Assembly: GCA_963727525.1 (NCBI GenBank)
Contig: CAVSGO010000007.1
Span: forward strand, 1,632,001-1,696,000
Length of the DNA stretch: 64,000 nucleotides
Source of the DNA: an uncultured bacterium
Lineage (GTDB): Bacteria; Krumholzibacteriota; Krumholzibacteriia; LZORAL124-64-63
Reading direction: 5' to 3'
Notes under the pieces: model-generated
Database searches by the model: none
Seen by the model: the letters and a program-made list of their open reading frames with translations, nothing else
Told to the model about the DNA's origin: nothing
Part shown: positions 1 through 10,822 of the stretch, piece after piece
How the letters are laid out: each line of letters starts with the position of its first letter
Position numbering within the stretch: position 1 is the first letter of the stretch
Made by a program: the position numbers and the translations under genes

Positions 1-931
1 GGCAGCGCACGCCGCGCCGCTGGCGGCTCCACAGCATGCCGGCGCGTACACGGTCGACGAGCAGGAGCACGCCGGCCGCGGCCCCGAGGTCGTCCGCGGC
101 GGCATCAACCAGACGGTTCAGCGCGAGCAGGATGCGCGTCTCCTCGGCACCGATCTCCAGGCGCAGCTCCGCCAGCTCGTTGGCCAGGTGCACCACGCCG
201 GCGGGCTCGACGAAGATCGTGGCACCGGTGGACGAGCGGTCGTGCACGATGCCGTTGATCTTGCGGCGCTCGCCCGAGCGCACGGGCAGGCAGAATCTGT
301 CGCCGCGTAGCGTGACCTCGTCGCCGGTGAGCAGACCGCGGCTGCGCGCGCCGTCCATGGCGTCGCCCACGGCCTGGCGCACGTGGCGTTCCTGACTTGC
401 GGCCGCCCGCCGCAGGCGCGCGAGCACGGGACTGGCGCGGTCGGCGAGGCGGCCATCGCGATCGAGGCAGCGGCGGATCTCGGCCACCAGCGCGTCGAAG
501 GGCGCCATCGCCTGCGCCGCGGCAGCCCACTGCGGCATGGCCGCGATCGCGCGCGCGAGGTGCACGCGCAGCGCGTCGAGGTCGGCCGCGAGGGCCGCCA
601 CCTGCACGAGGTCGCTGCCCTCGAGGCGCCGCGGCGACGGGCGCGCGAGCTGGGCGAGGGCTGCGTCGACCTCGGAGACAGGCGGCCAGTGGTTTGCTTC
701 GCCGGCGGGGCGCAACTCGTCGGCCAAGGTGCGCAGGAGCTCGATCGCATGGGCGTCGGCGAAGGGCAGCGTGCCGCGCACGGCAGCGGCAGCGCGGGGA
801 TTCACGCAGTATCTGGCCACCTGCGCGGTGACGCGCTCCCAGCCCAGCAGGGCCAGGGCGCGCGGCGTGGCGACGGGCGCCGCCGCAGCGGCGTGCGCGG
901 CGGCGTCCAGGGTGATGAGCAGCGGAATCAT
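1..931 (-). CDS. mutS2: Endonuclease MutS2, N-terminal part (runs off window start)
   Basis: Manual translation from ATG at 931: LALLGWERV...DRASPVLARLRR...TLRGDRFCLPV...GIVHDRSSTGATIFVEP...NELAEL, a MutS2 signature; follows cvpA. Confidence 0.88.
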   Translation of the reverse strand, partial: MIPLLITLDAAAHAAAAAPVATPRALALLGWERVTAQVARYCVNPRAAAAVRGTLPFADAHAIELLRTLADELRPAGEANHWPPVSEVDAALAQLARPSPRRLEGSDLVQVAALAADLDALRVHLARAIAAMPQWAAAAQAMAPFDALVAEIRRCLDRDGRLADRASPVLARLRRAAASQERHVRQAVGDAMDGARSRGLLTGDEVTLRGDRFCLPVRSGERRKINGIVHDRSSTGATIFVEPAGVVHLANELAELRLEIGAEETRILLALNRLVDAAADDLGAAAGVLLLVDRVRAGMLWSRQRRGVRC

Positions 932-939
932 GGGTTCGA

Positions 940-1530
940 CTACTTGCTGATGTCCTTCTTCACCTTGCCGGCCTTCTCGGCGGCCGTATCCCCGGCCTTG
1001 TCGACGGCCTCGCGGCCTTGCTCGACGACCTTCTCCCACAGGTCCTCGCCCTTGCCGCCCAGGAGCTTGCGAACGCCGATGTAGAGATTCGGCGCCGCTT
1101 CGTAAACGACACGGCCCACCGGCTGCCGCAAGAACGTCTCGCGTACGCCGTCGCCGCCGGGAGCCTGGCTCACGGCGATGAGGCCCACGCTGATGACGAG
1201 CGCGCCGATGACCACGCCGCACACGGCGCCACCGATCTCGTCGACCATGCCGAGCGCCGTGTGGCGCACCGCCTTCTTCACCGCCAGCGCCGCGAACCAG
1301 GTGATGACCAGTCCCACGACGAAGACGAGGACGTAGCTGACGAAGAGCGACGTCGACGTGTTCAGCGCCGTGTGCGCGGCCAGCCACGGCGCCACGCTCG
1401 CGGCGAACCGCGCCGACGCGAGCAGACTGAACACGAGGCCGGCCAGTTCCACCACGCGGCGCACCACGCCGGCCCGCCAGCCGAAGAGCCCGCAAACGGC
1501 GATCATGGCGACGACCATGACGACGGCCAT
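940..1530 (-). CDS. CvpA (colicin V production) family membrane protein
   Basis: Four hydrophobic segments, GWRAGVVR and DEIGGAVCG motifs; usual neighbour of mutS2. Confidence 0.8.
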   Translation of the reverse strand: MAVVMVVAMIAVCGLFGWRAGVVRRVVELAGLVFSLLASARFAASVAPWLAAHTALNTSTSLFVSYVLVFVVGLVITWFAALAVKKAVRHTALGMVDEIGGAVCGVVIGALVISVGLIAVSQAPGGDGVRETFLRQPVGRVVYEAAPNLYIGVRKLLGGKGEDLWEKVVEQGREAVDKAGDTAAEKAGKVKKDISK

Positions 1531-1553
1531 GAGGATGCTCCTATTCTCGTGGG

Positions 1554-2006
1554 TCAGCTCTGGAGCAGCTTCTTGACGATGCCGCTCACGCGGCCGCCCT
1601 CGGCGCGGCCCATGACCTTCGCCATCGCGACGGGCATGACCTTGCCCATATCCTTCGGGCTGGTCGCACCCACCTCGGCGATGGCCTCGCGCACCACCGA
1701 CTCCAGCGCATCATCGTCGAGCGCCGCCGGCAGGTACGTCTGCACGATCGCCAGTTCCTTCTCGTTCTCGGCGACGAGATCGTCGCGGTGCGCGTCGCGC
1801 GCGCCCTGCATGGCGTCCTTCACCTTCTTCGCGTACGACTGCAGGATCTTGAGCACATCCTCGTCCTGCAGTTCCTTGCGCTGGTCGACCTCGACCTGCT
1901 TGAGCGCCGCCTGCAGCATGCGCAGCACACCGAGCTTATTCTTCTCCTTAGCCTTCATCGCGGCGATGACGTCGGCCTTGATGCGGGCTGCGATCTCGCT
2001 GGCCAT
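1554..2006 (-). CDS. GatB/YqeY domain protein
   Basis: AMKAKEKNKLGVLRML...YLPAAL...DMGKVM...GRAEG; AGGAGG RBS before ATG 2006. Confidence 0.9.
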   Translation of the reverse strand: MASEIAARIKADVIAAMKAKEKNKLGVLRMLQAALKQVEVDQRKELQDEDVLKILQSYAKKVKDAMQGARDAHRDDLVAENEKELAIVQTYLPAALDDDALESVVREAIAEVGATSPKDMGKVMPVAMAKVMGRAEGGRVSGIVKKLLQS

Positions 2007-2061
2007 GTTTGCCTCCTGGCGCGCCGCGTCGTGGGCGGCTGCGGTGGAATCGTGTGCAGCC

Positions 2062-2090
2062 AGTTTAGGCGGCAGGCAAGCAGGGGTCAA
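2062..2090 (-). promoter_or_regulatory. Putative sigma70 promoter for yqeY-cvpA-mutS2
   Basis: TTGACC-N17-TAAACT on minus strand. Confidence 0.55.
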
Positions 2091-2117
2091 GCGGGTGGGG
2101 GGGCAAGCAAGCGAGCG

Positions 2118-2912
2118 TCACGCCGACGCCGGCAGCCGCCAGGCCTGGCGCACGGCTTGCAACGTCACGAGGCCCGCCGCGGCGGCGGTCTCGGCCCGCA
2201 GCAGGTGCGGCCCCAGGGTGACAGGTACGGCCCGCGCCCGCAGGAGCAGTGCCAGCTCGGCGTCGGTCCATCCGCCTTCGGGTCCCACAAAGAAGGTGAG
2301 CGACGCGGGAGGCGCATCGCCGTGCGCGCGCCGAGCAGCCGCCTCGATCGCCAGCTCCACGCCGGAACGCACCAGTTGCCCGACCACGTCGCCGGGGGCC
2401 GCCCCGAAGAAACTCGGGCCGTCGGCCATGCCGAGCGTGGCGCCCAGGCCGGCCAGGGTGGTGAGCTCGGGCAACCAGCAGCGTTGCGATTGCTTGAGGG
2501 CCGCCACCAGGAGCGTGCGCCATCGCTCCTGCTTGCCTGCGCGCGGATCGATCACACCATGCTCGCAACGCAGGGGCACGATGCGGTGTGCACCCAGCTC
2601 CACCGCCTTCTCCAGCGCGAACTCGTAGCGTTTGCCCTTGACCACGGCACAGGCCAGATTCAGCAGGGGCGCCGCCATCTCGCCTGGCGGTGTGGCGACG
2701 TCCACGACCTCCAGGCGCGCGTGCCCCCGCAACTGATCGACCAGCTTGCCCTGCAGCACACGGCCGCGGCCGTCGGTGAGCTCGACCAGCCGCCCCGCGT
2801 CGGCGCGCAACACGTGCGTGAGATGGTGGCTCTCGTCGGCGGTCAGCGTGACGACATCGCCCAGTCGCGGCGACGGAGCTGAAGGCGCGAGGTCGATGAA
2901 GAAGCGACGCAC
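2118..2912 (-). CDS. rsmE: 16S rRNA m3U1498 methyltransferase
   Basis: HHLTHVLR, EKAVELG, ALKQSQR, VGPEGGW, LGPHLLRAETA motifs. Confidence 0.93.
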   Translation of the reverse strand: MRRFFIDLAPSAPSPRLGDVVTLTADESHHLTHVLRADAGRLVELTDGRGRVLQGKLVDQLRGHARLEVVDVATPPGEMAAPLLNLACAVVKGKRYEFALEKAVELGAHRIVPLRCEHGVIDPRAGKQERWRTLLVAALKQSQRCWLPELTTLAGLGATLGMADGPSFFGAAPGDVVGQLVRSGVELAIEAAARRAHGDAPPASLTFFVGPEGGWTDAELALLLRARAVPVTLGPHLLRAETAAAAGLVTLQAVRQAWRLPASA

Positions 2913-2921
2913 GGCGCGACC

Positions 2922-4073
2922 TCAGTCGTAGATGTGCCGGCCCGGCGGCGGCACCTGGGTGCTCAACTCGTCCTGCAGTGCCCGCAGGCGCTCGATCTGC
3001 GAGGTCGAGAGATCGGTGGGTGTCCACGCGATGACGCGCACGAGCTGGTCGCCGATGCCGCTGCCGTTGAGATGGGCGATGCCCTTGCCGCGCATGCGGA
3101 AGATCTTGTGGCTCTGCGTGCCGGCCGGGATCTTCAGCGCCACCTTCGACTCCAGGGTGGGTACGGTGATCTTGGTGCCGAGCATGAGATCGAGGGGCGA
3201 CACGGGCAGGTCGATGAGCACGTCGTCGCCGTGGCGCTCGAAGGCGTCATCCTCGGCCACGTCCATCACCACGCGCAGATTGCCGGCGGGACCACCCTGG
3301 CCGCCGGCGTCGCCCTTGCCGGGAATCTCCATGTAGTTGCCTGTGGTCACACCTGCGGGCACGGTGATCTCGAGCGTCTCCTCGCCCCGCACAGTGCCGG
3401 TGCCATTGCAGTCGTGGCAGGGGTCGGCAATCACGCGGCCCGTGCCGCTGCACTGCGGACACACGGTCTCGGTGACCATGCGGCCGAGCAGCGTCTGGCG
3501 CACCTGGCGCACACGCCCATGGCCGTGGCAGGTGCCGCAGGTCTGGGATTGGCTGCCGGGCGCGGCGCCACTGCCGGAGCACGTGCCGCACTGCACCTGC
3601 TTCTGCACCTTGAGCTTCTTCTTCACGCCGCGCGCGGCCTCGCGCAGCGTGAGCTTGAGCACGATCTGGAGGCTGCGCCCGCCGCGACGTCCCGCCTCGC
3701 CGCCGCCGCCGGCGCCGCCGAAGATGTCGCCCATGCCGAAGTCGCGCATGAAGGAGCGCAGGGCCTCGTTGAGGTCCATGTCGAAGCCGCCGAAGCCGCC
3801 CTGGAAACCGCCACCGCCGAAACCGCCGGCTCCGCCGGCCATGCCGGCCGGACCGGCGTGGCCGAAGTGGTCGTACGAGGCGCGCTTGTCGGCGTCCTTG
3901 AGCACCTCGTAGGCCTCGGTGGCCTCGCGAAATTTCTCCGGCGCCGCAGGATTGTCCGGATTCCGGTCGGGATGGTACTTCACCGCGAGCTTGCGGTACG
4001 CCTTCTTGAGGTCGTCCGTGCTCGCGTCCTTGTCCACGCCGAGGATCTCGTAGTAGTCGCGCTTCGTCGCCAT
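2922..4073 (-). CDS. dnaJ: Chaperone DnaJ
   Basis: J domain with HPD, G/F-rich region, four CxxCxGxG repeats. Confidence 0.97.
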   Translation of the reverse strand: MATKRDYYEILGVDKDASTDDLKKAYRKLAVKYHPDRNPDNPAAPEKFREATEAYEVLKDADKRASYDHFGHAGPAGMAGGAGGFGGGGFQGGFGGFDMDLNEALRSFMRDFGMGDIFGGAGGGGEAGRRGGRSLQIVLKLTLREAARGVKKKLKVQKQVQCGTCSGSGAAPGSQSQTCGTCHGHGRVRQVRQTLLGRMVTETVCPQCSGTGRVIADPCHDCNGTGTVRGEETLEITVPAGVTTGNYMEIPGKGDAGGQGGPAGNLRVVMDVAEDDAFERHGDDVLIDLPVSPLDLMLGTKITVPTLESKVALKIPAGTQSHKIFRMRGKGIAHLNGSGIGDQLVRVIAWTPTDLSTSQIERLRALQDELSTQVPPPGRHIYD

Positions 4074-4121
4074 CGACCGTTCCCTTACTGGACTGACGTT
4101 CCTGTCATCACGGGGCCAGAA

Positions 4122-4742
4122 TCACTGGGCGAGGATCACACGGCTGGGCCGGAGCACCAGTCCGTCGAGGGTGAACCCCTTCTGGACCACCTGCAACACG
4201 GTCCCCGTCTCCACCGCCTCGGGGCCGGGGATCTGGCCCAGGGCCTCGTGCAAGGCGGGATCGAAGGGCTGCCCCTCGGCGGCGATCTCCTGGACGCCGC
4301 GGTCCTGCAGCACCTGCTTGAAGCTCTGCGCGATCAGCTCCACACCCTGGCGCAGGGCGGCGAGGCTGGCGTCCGCGTCGTCGCTGCCGGCGGCCTGGCC
4401 GGTGGCGTGGAGGGCGCGATCGAAATTGTCCTGCACCTCCAGGAGCGACCGCAGCAGATCGGCGGCCGTGAAACGCCGTGCGTCGTCCACCTCGCGCCGG
4501 GTGCGCTTGCGCAGATTGTCCATCTCCGCGAGCAAGCGCAGCCAGCGGTCGTGCAGTTCGTCGCGTTCACGGCGCAGCAACGCCTCGGGCGAGGTGTCGG
4601 ATTCGCTCGGCGTCGCGGGCGTGGCGACGGCCTCTAAGTCGATCCCATCAGGGAGTTCCGCCGCCTCGGCCATCGCCTCGTCGGCCGTCGTTTCCTCGCG
4701 CGGAGATTCGTTGCGCGGCTCGTCGTCGCGGCGTTCGGTCAT
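4122..4742 (-). CDS. grpE: Nucleotide exchange factor GrpE
   Basis: LAEMDNLRKR, FDPALHEA, QKGF...VLRPSRV. Confidence 0.95.
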   Translation of the reverse strand: MTERRDDEPRNESPREETTADEAMAEAAELPDGIDLEAVATPATPSESDTSPEALLRRERDELHDRWLRLLAEMDNLRKRTRREVDDARRFTAADLLRSLLEVQDNFDRALHATGQAAGSDDADASLAALRQGVELIAQSFKQVLQDRGVQEIAAEGQPFDPALHEALGQIPGPEAVETGTVLQVVQKGFTLDGLVLRPSRVILAQ

Positions 4743-4767
4743 CGTCGGTAAGTCCTTTCCGCCGCCG

Positions 4768-5805
4768 TCAACTCACGGAGGCAAGATTGGTCCGCAGCAG
4801 GTCGATCCCGGCGAGCGCGCGGTCGTACGGCATCCGCCGGGGACCGAGCACGGCGAGGATCCCCTCGCGCCCCCCTAGCGGGAAGCGGTGGGACACCACG
4901 GTGAACTCGCGCAGGTCGCCCACGGGATTCTCGCGCCCGATCCACACGCCGAGTCCGCCATTGGCCGCCAGGTCGAGGCGGCGCAGGGCATCGCGAATGG
5001 TCCGCGGCGACTCGAGAAAACGGATGAGGGTCTTGAGCGTCCCGGGCTCGGCGAATTCCGGCGCATCGAGCACGGCGCCCACGCCGCCCAGTTCCAGTTC
5101 GCCCGCCTCGATCTCCGCGAACAGGTCGCCGCTGCGCCGCGCCAGATCCGTGGCACAGCGCCCGGCCGCACCGTCGCCGGGCTGGATGGACGGGAGCACG
5201 CCCGCCCGGACGGCCGCCACGGTGCGCCCGCAGATGCGCTCGGAAAGGAGCTGCGCGGCGGCATCGACCATCGCCGGCGCGTAGTCGTCGTTCATTGGCA
5301 CCACCGTGGTGCGCACCATCGCGTTCTCGAGCACGAGCACCATGAGGATGCGCCGGTTTCCCTTGGGATACAGCTCGAGCCGCAGGGCACGCACCTGGTC
5401 CCAGCACGGGCCGAGGATGATGCCGATGTTCGCGGTGAGCCGGCTCAGCAGCCCGGCCAGCGCCTTCACCATGGCCTGGCTCCCCTGGTGACGCTGGATG
5501 CCCTCCTCGACCTCGCGGGCGAGCGGTCGCGGCGTCTCCCAGCGCGAGAGCGGCCAGCCGGCGAGCACGCGGTCGACGAAGACGCGGAAACCCGCATCCG
5601 TGGGTCGGCGGCCGGCGGCGGAGTGCGGCTTCGCGAGGAGGCCGTCGTCCTCGAGCCCCTTCATGACGATCCGGATGGTGGCCGACGAGTAGACGCCGCG
5701 CAGGTAGCGCTCCACCAGGCCAGAGCTCACCGGCCGCCCCGTCTCCACGTGGAGGCGCACCACGGCATCGAGGATCTCCCAGGATCGCTGCGGGTTGGTC
5801 GTCAC
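4768..5805 (-). CDS. hrcA: Heat-inducible transcription repressor HrcA
   Basis: GRPVSSG, SSATIR, KPHSAAGRRPTDAGFR, LGPRRMPY; GTG start at 5805 after GGAGG. Confidence 0.92.
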   Translation of the reverse strand: MTTNPQRSWEILDAVVRLHVETGRPVSSGLVERYLRGVYSSATIRIVMKGLEDDGLLAKPHSAAGRRPTDAGFRVFVDRVLAGWPLSRWETPRPLAREVEEGIQRHQGSQAMVKALAGLLSRLTANIGIILGPCWDQVRALRLELYPKGNRRILMVLVLENAMVRTTVVPMNDDYAPAMVDAAAQLLSERICGRTVAAVRAGVLPSIQPGDGAAGRCATDLARRSGDLFAEIEAGELELGGVGAVLDAPEFAEPGTLKTLIRFLESPRTIRDALRRLDLAANGGLGVWIGRENPVGDLREFTVVSHRFPLGGREGILAVLGPRRMPYDRALAGIDLLRTNLASVS

Positions 5806-5894
5806 GGTCGTCGCCTCCGGGCGATGCGTGTCGTGGCCGAAAAAACGGGGGCCACGCCCCCGGCACCGGCACACGCGGGCTGTCGCCCGGCGCC

Positions 5895-5924
5895 AAGGTA
5901 ACTCCGGTGTTTCCGGGGTGTCAA
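5895..5924 (-). promoter_or_regulatory. Putative sigma70 promoter for hrcA-grpE-dnaJ
   Basis: TTGACA-N18-TACCTT. Confidence 0.45.
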
Positions 5925-7072
5925 CCGGCGCTGGTCGCCGCGATGCGTTCCTCGATGGTGTCGAGGTGCAGGAATCCCCGCGGCGTCAGACGCAGGCGGT
6001 CGTCGGCCACGGTCCACAGGCCCTCCCGCTCGCCGCGCGGCAGATCCAGCTCCCTGGACGGCACGCGCGCCAGTGGCACGCCCTCGGCCGTGCGCAGCGG
6101 CAAGATCACCGCCTCGAGCCGCCGAGCCTCGAGGTCGAGAGGGTCGACGCTCGCCTCGGGTACCTCGCCGGCTTCCACCCGCGCCACGTAACGCGTGGGA
6201 TTGGCCTCGTTGGCGTAGCGGCGGCGGCCCCAGAAGCCGTGGGCCGACGGCCCCAGCCCCAGGTAAGGGTAACCTTGCCAGTATGCGCGGTTGTGCCGCG
6301 ATTCGGCGCCGGGGCGCGCGAAGTTGCTCATCTCGTACTGCCGCAGACCGCGCCGCTCCAGATGGTCCACCACTGCCAGATAGATGGCCTCGGTCACCGC
6401 CGATGGCGCGCGCCGTACGCGGCCGGCGGCCACGGCCGCGGCGAGGGGCGTGCCGGCGTGCAGCTCCAGGATGTAGAGCGAGATATGCTCCACGCCGAGA
6501 TCGATGGCCTCATCCAGCTCGGCGCACAGCCCGTCGCGGGTGACGCCCGGCGCGAGGATCCAGTCGGCCGACACGCGCGCAAACCCGGCCCGCGCCAGCC
6601 GGAGCCCCCCCCGCGCGGTGGCGGGATCGCAATGCCGTCCCAGCAGCGCGAGCACGCCGGCGTCGAGACTCTGTACGCCGAGGCTGATACGATTGATCCC
6701 CGCGTCGCGCCACGCGGCGACGATCTCCGCGTCGAGCGACTCGGGATTGGCCTCGGCCGTCAGCTCGAACTCGGCCGTGTGAGGCAGCCGCCCCACGGTG
6801 CCGGCGAGCAGCTCCTGCATGAGCGGCGGATCGAGCAGCGAGGGCGTGCCGCCGCCGACGTAGGCCGTGGCCAGCGGTCGCGTTCCCGCGCCAAGCACCT
6901 GGCAATGCTCGGCGCGCAGGACGAACTCGCGCACGATGGCGCGCGCCACGCGGGCGCGCAGGTCGGCGTCGTGGCGCGCCGTGCGTGCGAAGTGGCAATA
7001 GCTGCAAAGGGAGGCGCAGAACGGTATGTGGAGATACAGCCCGCCGCCCCGCATGTCGCCGCGCGCCGTCAT
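5921..7072 (-). CDS. hemW: Radical SAM heme chaperone HemW (HemN-like)
   Basis: LYLHIPFCASLCSYCHF, GGGTPS, EANPES, RISLGVQS, YEMSNFA, HNRAYW. Confidence 0.9.
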   Translation of the reverse strand: MTARGDMRGGGLYLHIPFCASLCSYCHFARTARHDADLRARVARAIVREFVLRAEHCQVLGAGTRPLATAYVGGGTPSLLDPPLMQELLAGTVGRLPHTAEFELTAEANPESLDAEIVAAWRDAGINRISLGVQSLDAGVLALLGRHCDPATARGGLRLARAGFARVSADWILAPGVTRDGLCAELDEAIDLGVEHISLYILELHAGTPLAAAVAAGRVRRAPSAVTEAIYLAVVDHLERRGLRQYEMSNFARPGAESRHNRAYWQGYPYLGLGPSAHGFWGRRRYANEANPTRYVARVEAGEVPEASVDPLDLEARRLEAVILPLRTAEGVPLARVPSRELDLPRGEREGLWTVADDRLRLTPRGFLHLDTIEERIAATSAG

Positions 7073-7074
7073 GG

Positions 7075-8103
7075 CTACTTGATGAGGTGGAACAGTCGTC
7101 CCAGCCGTGGACGCAGGCTGTCCTTGTCCCACGACCAGTAGAGGATCTCCGCCTTGCCCTTGATCAATTTCAACGACAGCGGACCCCAGTAGCGACTGTC
7201 CTGACTATTGAAGCGATTGTCGCCCATCATGAACAGATGACCGTTGGGCACCACGAACGGCGCATCGTGACGCACGGATTCCTGGATGATGGCGTCCTGG
7301 TGCTGCACCACGGCGCCCGCGGGCAGGTCGTGCTTGGCGAGGCTCTGCTGCAAGGCGGCGAGATGCGGACGCACGGCGGCCGTGTCGAGCACGCCGGCGC
7401 GCACGGCCGCGGCCGCGGTGGCCACGAAGGTAGCGTTGTCGTGGCCGCGCATCTCGGCCAGGCCGAGCGCGAGGTTGTAGGTCTCCTTGAGATTCGGCTG
7501 GCGCATGCCTTGCCGGTAGGCGACGGGATCGTGGAGAGTGCGCGGATTCGGGCAGACGTCGGGATCGCGCCAGTCGGGCACACAACTGTGGTCGCCGTCG
7601 CGGTCGCCGAAGTTGGACTCGTAGATCTCGCCGTTGACGTAGGTGACGCCGTCGCGCACGGCCACGCGGTCGCCAGCCACGGCCACGCAGCGCTTGATGT
7701 AATCGAGGTCGCGGTCCTTGGGGTATTCGAAGACGATGATGTCGCCCTGACGCGGCTGCCGCAGCGCAGGCAGCTTCAGGACCGGCAGCCCGTCGACGAG
7801 CGTCCAGTGGAAGATGCGGATACGTTCCGGCGTCTTGGCGCCGTAAAGGAACTTGTCGACGAAGAGGAAATCGCCCACGAGCAACGTGTTCTTCATCGAG
7901 CCGGTCGGAATGCGGAAGGCCTGGAAGAGGAACTGCTTGATCAGCAGCGCGATGGCCAGCGCCCAGACGATGGCCTTGAAGTACTCCCAGACCGTCTGCT
8001 TGAAGCCGCGCTCCACCTTGACGGAACCGCGCGCCGTCACCGCGGCGGCGGGGCCCGACTCCGGCCGGGCCATTGTCTCGTCTCTGTGTCCAAACCAGCG
8101 CAT
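7075..8103 (-). CDS. lepB: Signal peptidase I
   Basis: IPTGSMKNTL (catalytic Ser), YIKRC (Lys), MGDNRFNSQDSRYWG; follows lepA. Confidence 0.93.
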   Translation of the reverse strand: MRWFGHRDETMARPESGPAAAVTARGSVKVERGFKQTVWEYFKAIVWALAIALLIKQFLFQAFRIPTGSMKNTLLVGDFLFVDKFLYGAKTPERIRIFHWTLVDGLPVLKLPALRQPRQGDIIVFEYPKDRDLDYIKRCVAVAGDRVAVRDGVTYVNGEIYESNFGDRDGDHSCVPDWRDPDVCPNPRTLHDPVAYRQGMRQPNLKETYNLALGLAEMRGHDNATFVATAAAAVRAGVLDTAAVRPHLAALQQSLAKHDLPAGAVVQHQDAIIQESVRHDAPFVVPNGHLFMMGDNRFNSQDSRYWGPLSLKLIKGKAEILYWSWDKDSLRPRLGRLFHLIK

Positions 8104-8118
8104 CGACCGGTCACCTTC

Positions 8119-9912
<1,794 letters not shown>

Positions 9913-9927
9913 GCTTGTCGTCTGTTC

Positions 9928-10560
9928 CTAGAAGTTCACGCACCAGCACCAGAGCGTCACCGTGGGCATGTGATGCGAGCCCACGGGTTCCGGCAGCTCT
10001 GGCGCCGGGTGCTTGTCCCACTGGTCGGGCATGGGCAGCGCCTCGTGGTCGAACCCGAAGAGCTTGGCGCCCACGTACGCGTCCAGGGCCATGATCAGCA
10101 TGGCGCCGCCCGACCACCAGGCGTAGTCGCGCGCGATCTGGTATTCCTCGGCCGCGGTCGCCGCGAAGAAGTCGCGGTTGCCGCCCGGCTCCAGCGTGCG
10201 CGAGTACTCGCCCACGCGCGATGCCTGCCGGTCATGCGCCAGCAGGTTGCTCCAGTAGTACCACTCGAGTCCGAACGCCAGCGCCGCGCGCCAGCCGTTG
10301 CCTGCGTAGAGCTGCCCCCAGCCAGGCATCACGGGCGTCATGAGCACCGCGGTCGTGCCGCTGATGCCGGTATCGAAGAAGTCGGGAACCGGAGGGCGCA
10401 GTACTGCGAGGGAATCGCCGGGCGCCACCGTCGCCGTGTCGGCCGCGGCCGGAACCGGCTCCTCGGCGGCCCCGGCGGCCGGCGCCCCGAGGCCGGCGAA
10501 CGACATCGCCACGACCAGGGCCAGCAGCAGCTTCACCACGGCACCGTATCCGTCTCTCAC
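9928..10560 (-). CDS. Hypothetical exported/membrane protein (DUF5683-like)
   Basis: Signal-like N-terminus, PGWGQLY motif, DAYVGAKLFGFD; GTG at 10560 after AAGGAG. Confidence 0.65.
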   Translation of the reverse strand: MRDGYGAVVKLLLALVVAMSFAGLGAPAAGAAEEPVPAAADTATVAPGDSLAVLRPPVPDFFDTGISGTTAVLMTPVMPGWGQLYAGNGWRAALAFGLEWYYWSNLLAHDRQASRVGEYSRTLEPGGNRDFFAATAAEEYQIARDYAWWSGGAMLIMALDAYVGAKLFGFDHEALPMPDQWDKHPAPELPEPVGSHHMPTVTLWCWCVNF

Positions 10561-10601
10561 CGGCGGCTCCTTCGCCCGCTGCGCGCATTCACCGGGGAGC
10601 G

Positions 10602-10699
10602 TGGCGGGAATGTGTGGGAATCGAACCCACCTCGGACGGTAAACGCGCCCGACAAAGGGATTTGAAGTCCCCGGGGCCCACCAGGACCCATTCATTCCC
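10602..10699 (-). tRNA. selC: tRNA-Sec (UCA)
   Basis: 98 nt; 6-bp D stem with 4-nt loop, CT-TCA-AA anticodon loop, long variable arm, TTCGATT T-loop, G73-CCA. Confidence 0.93.
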
Positions 10700-10822
10700 G
10701 CAATGCCTGCCTTCCCGCGAATCCTCGCGCGATTCCTCGCGCCGCGGACCGGCGCCGCCGGCGACCGGCCCGCCAAGGGTAAATCCCCGGCGGCGCCGGC
10801 ACCAGGGGATTTCGCCGCGGCG

